Shown: positions 63,921-64,000 of the stretch, in pieces | Layout: every line of letters begins with the position of its first letter | Position numbering within the stretch: the stretch's first letter is position 1 | Origin: an uncultured Gemmatimonadales bacterium | GTDB lineage: Bacteria; Gemmatimonadota; Gemmatimonadetes; Longimicrobiales; RSA9 | Assembly: GCA_963798085.1 (NCBI GenBank) | Contig: CAWCRS010000007.1 | Coordinates: forward strand, 576,001-640,000 | DNA length: 64,000 bases | Direction of reading: 5' to 3' | The notes under the pieces: generated by a model | The model's input: the letters and a program-made list of their open reading frames with translations, nothing else | The model's database searches: none | What the model was told of the DNA's origin: nothing | Program-made: the position numbers and the translations under genes

Positions 63921-63959
63921 GTTGCTGGGGCTGGTTGCCGGGGCTGGTTGCTCGGGAAC
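63921..63959. repeat. Three 13-bp tandem units
   Basis: GTTGCTGGGGCTG / GTTGCCGGGGCTG / GTTGCTCGGGAAC. Confidence 0.7.
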
Positions 63960-64000
63960 AGATCAACGGATGCATGCGCGCTGGCCCGCGCCCAATCCGT

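Overview
GC-rich bacterial chromosome segment (roughly 68-70% GC by eye). The gene content (ADOP permeases with PadR, ECF sigma plus Ser/Thr kinase, DUF5916, DUF4159/MoxR operon, RGG-rich secreted proteins) suggests Gemmatimonadota or an Acidobacteria-like lineage; this is inference only. Many genes are split by single-base frameshifts, most likely uncorrected long-read indels. Left to right: (1) three ADOP/MacB-like permeases, a small beta-barrel and PadR with a clear operator; (2) a sigma28-type promoter driving a NosP(FIST)-histidine kinase-two response regulator module; (3) M1 peptidase, BNR/sialidase-like lipoprotein, Ser/Thr kinase + ECF sigma, M20 deacylase; (4) a ~16-kb, nine-gene DUF4159/vWA/TPR-metallopeptidase/MoxR/DUF58/BatA/DUF4175-like operon with an inverted-repeat element and a 17x18-bp repeat; (5) endonuclease IV and an ECF/anti-sigma trio; (6) a ~20-kb putative low-oxygen island with a NarL-type two-component system, a four-gene porin-multiheme cytochrome operon (about 34 heme-binding motifs; candidate extracellular electron transfer conduit), a FixL-like PAS kinase, two tandem USPs, CBS protein, aeRF1-like (Balon-type) protein, Zn-ADH, archease and PNPOx-like protein, with a recurring promoter motif; (7) nitrilase and an alpha/beta hydrolase. 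No rRNA, tRNA, CRISPR array or transposase was recognised. All family calls come from motif recognition, not database searches.
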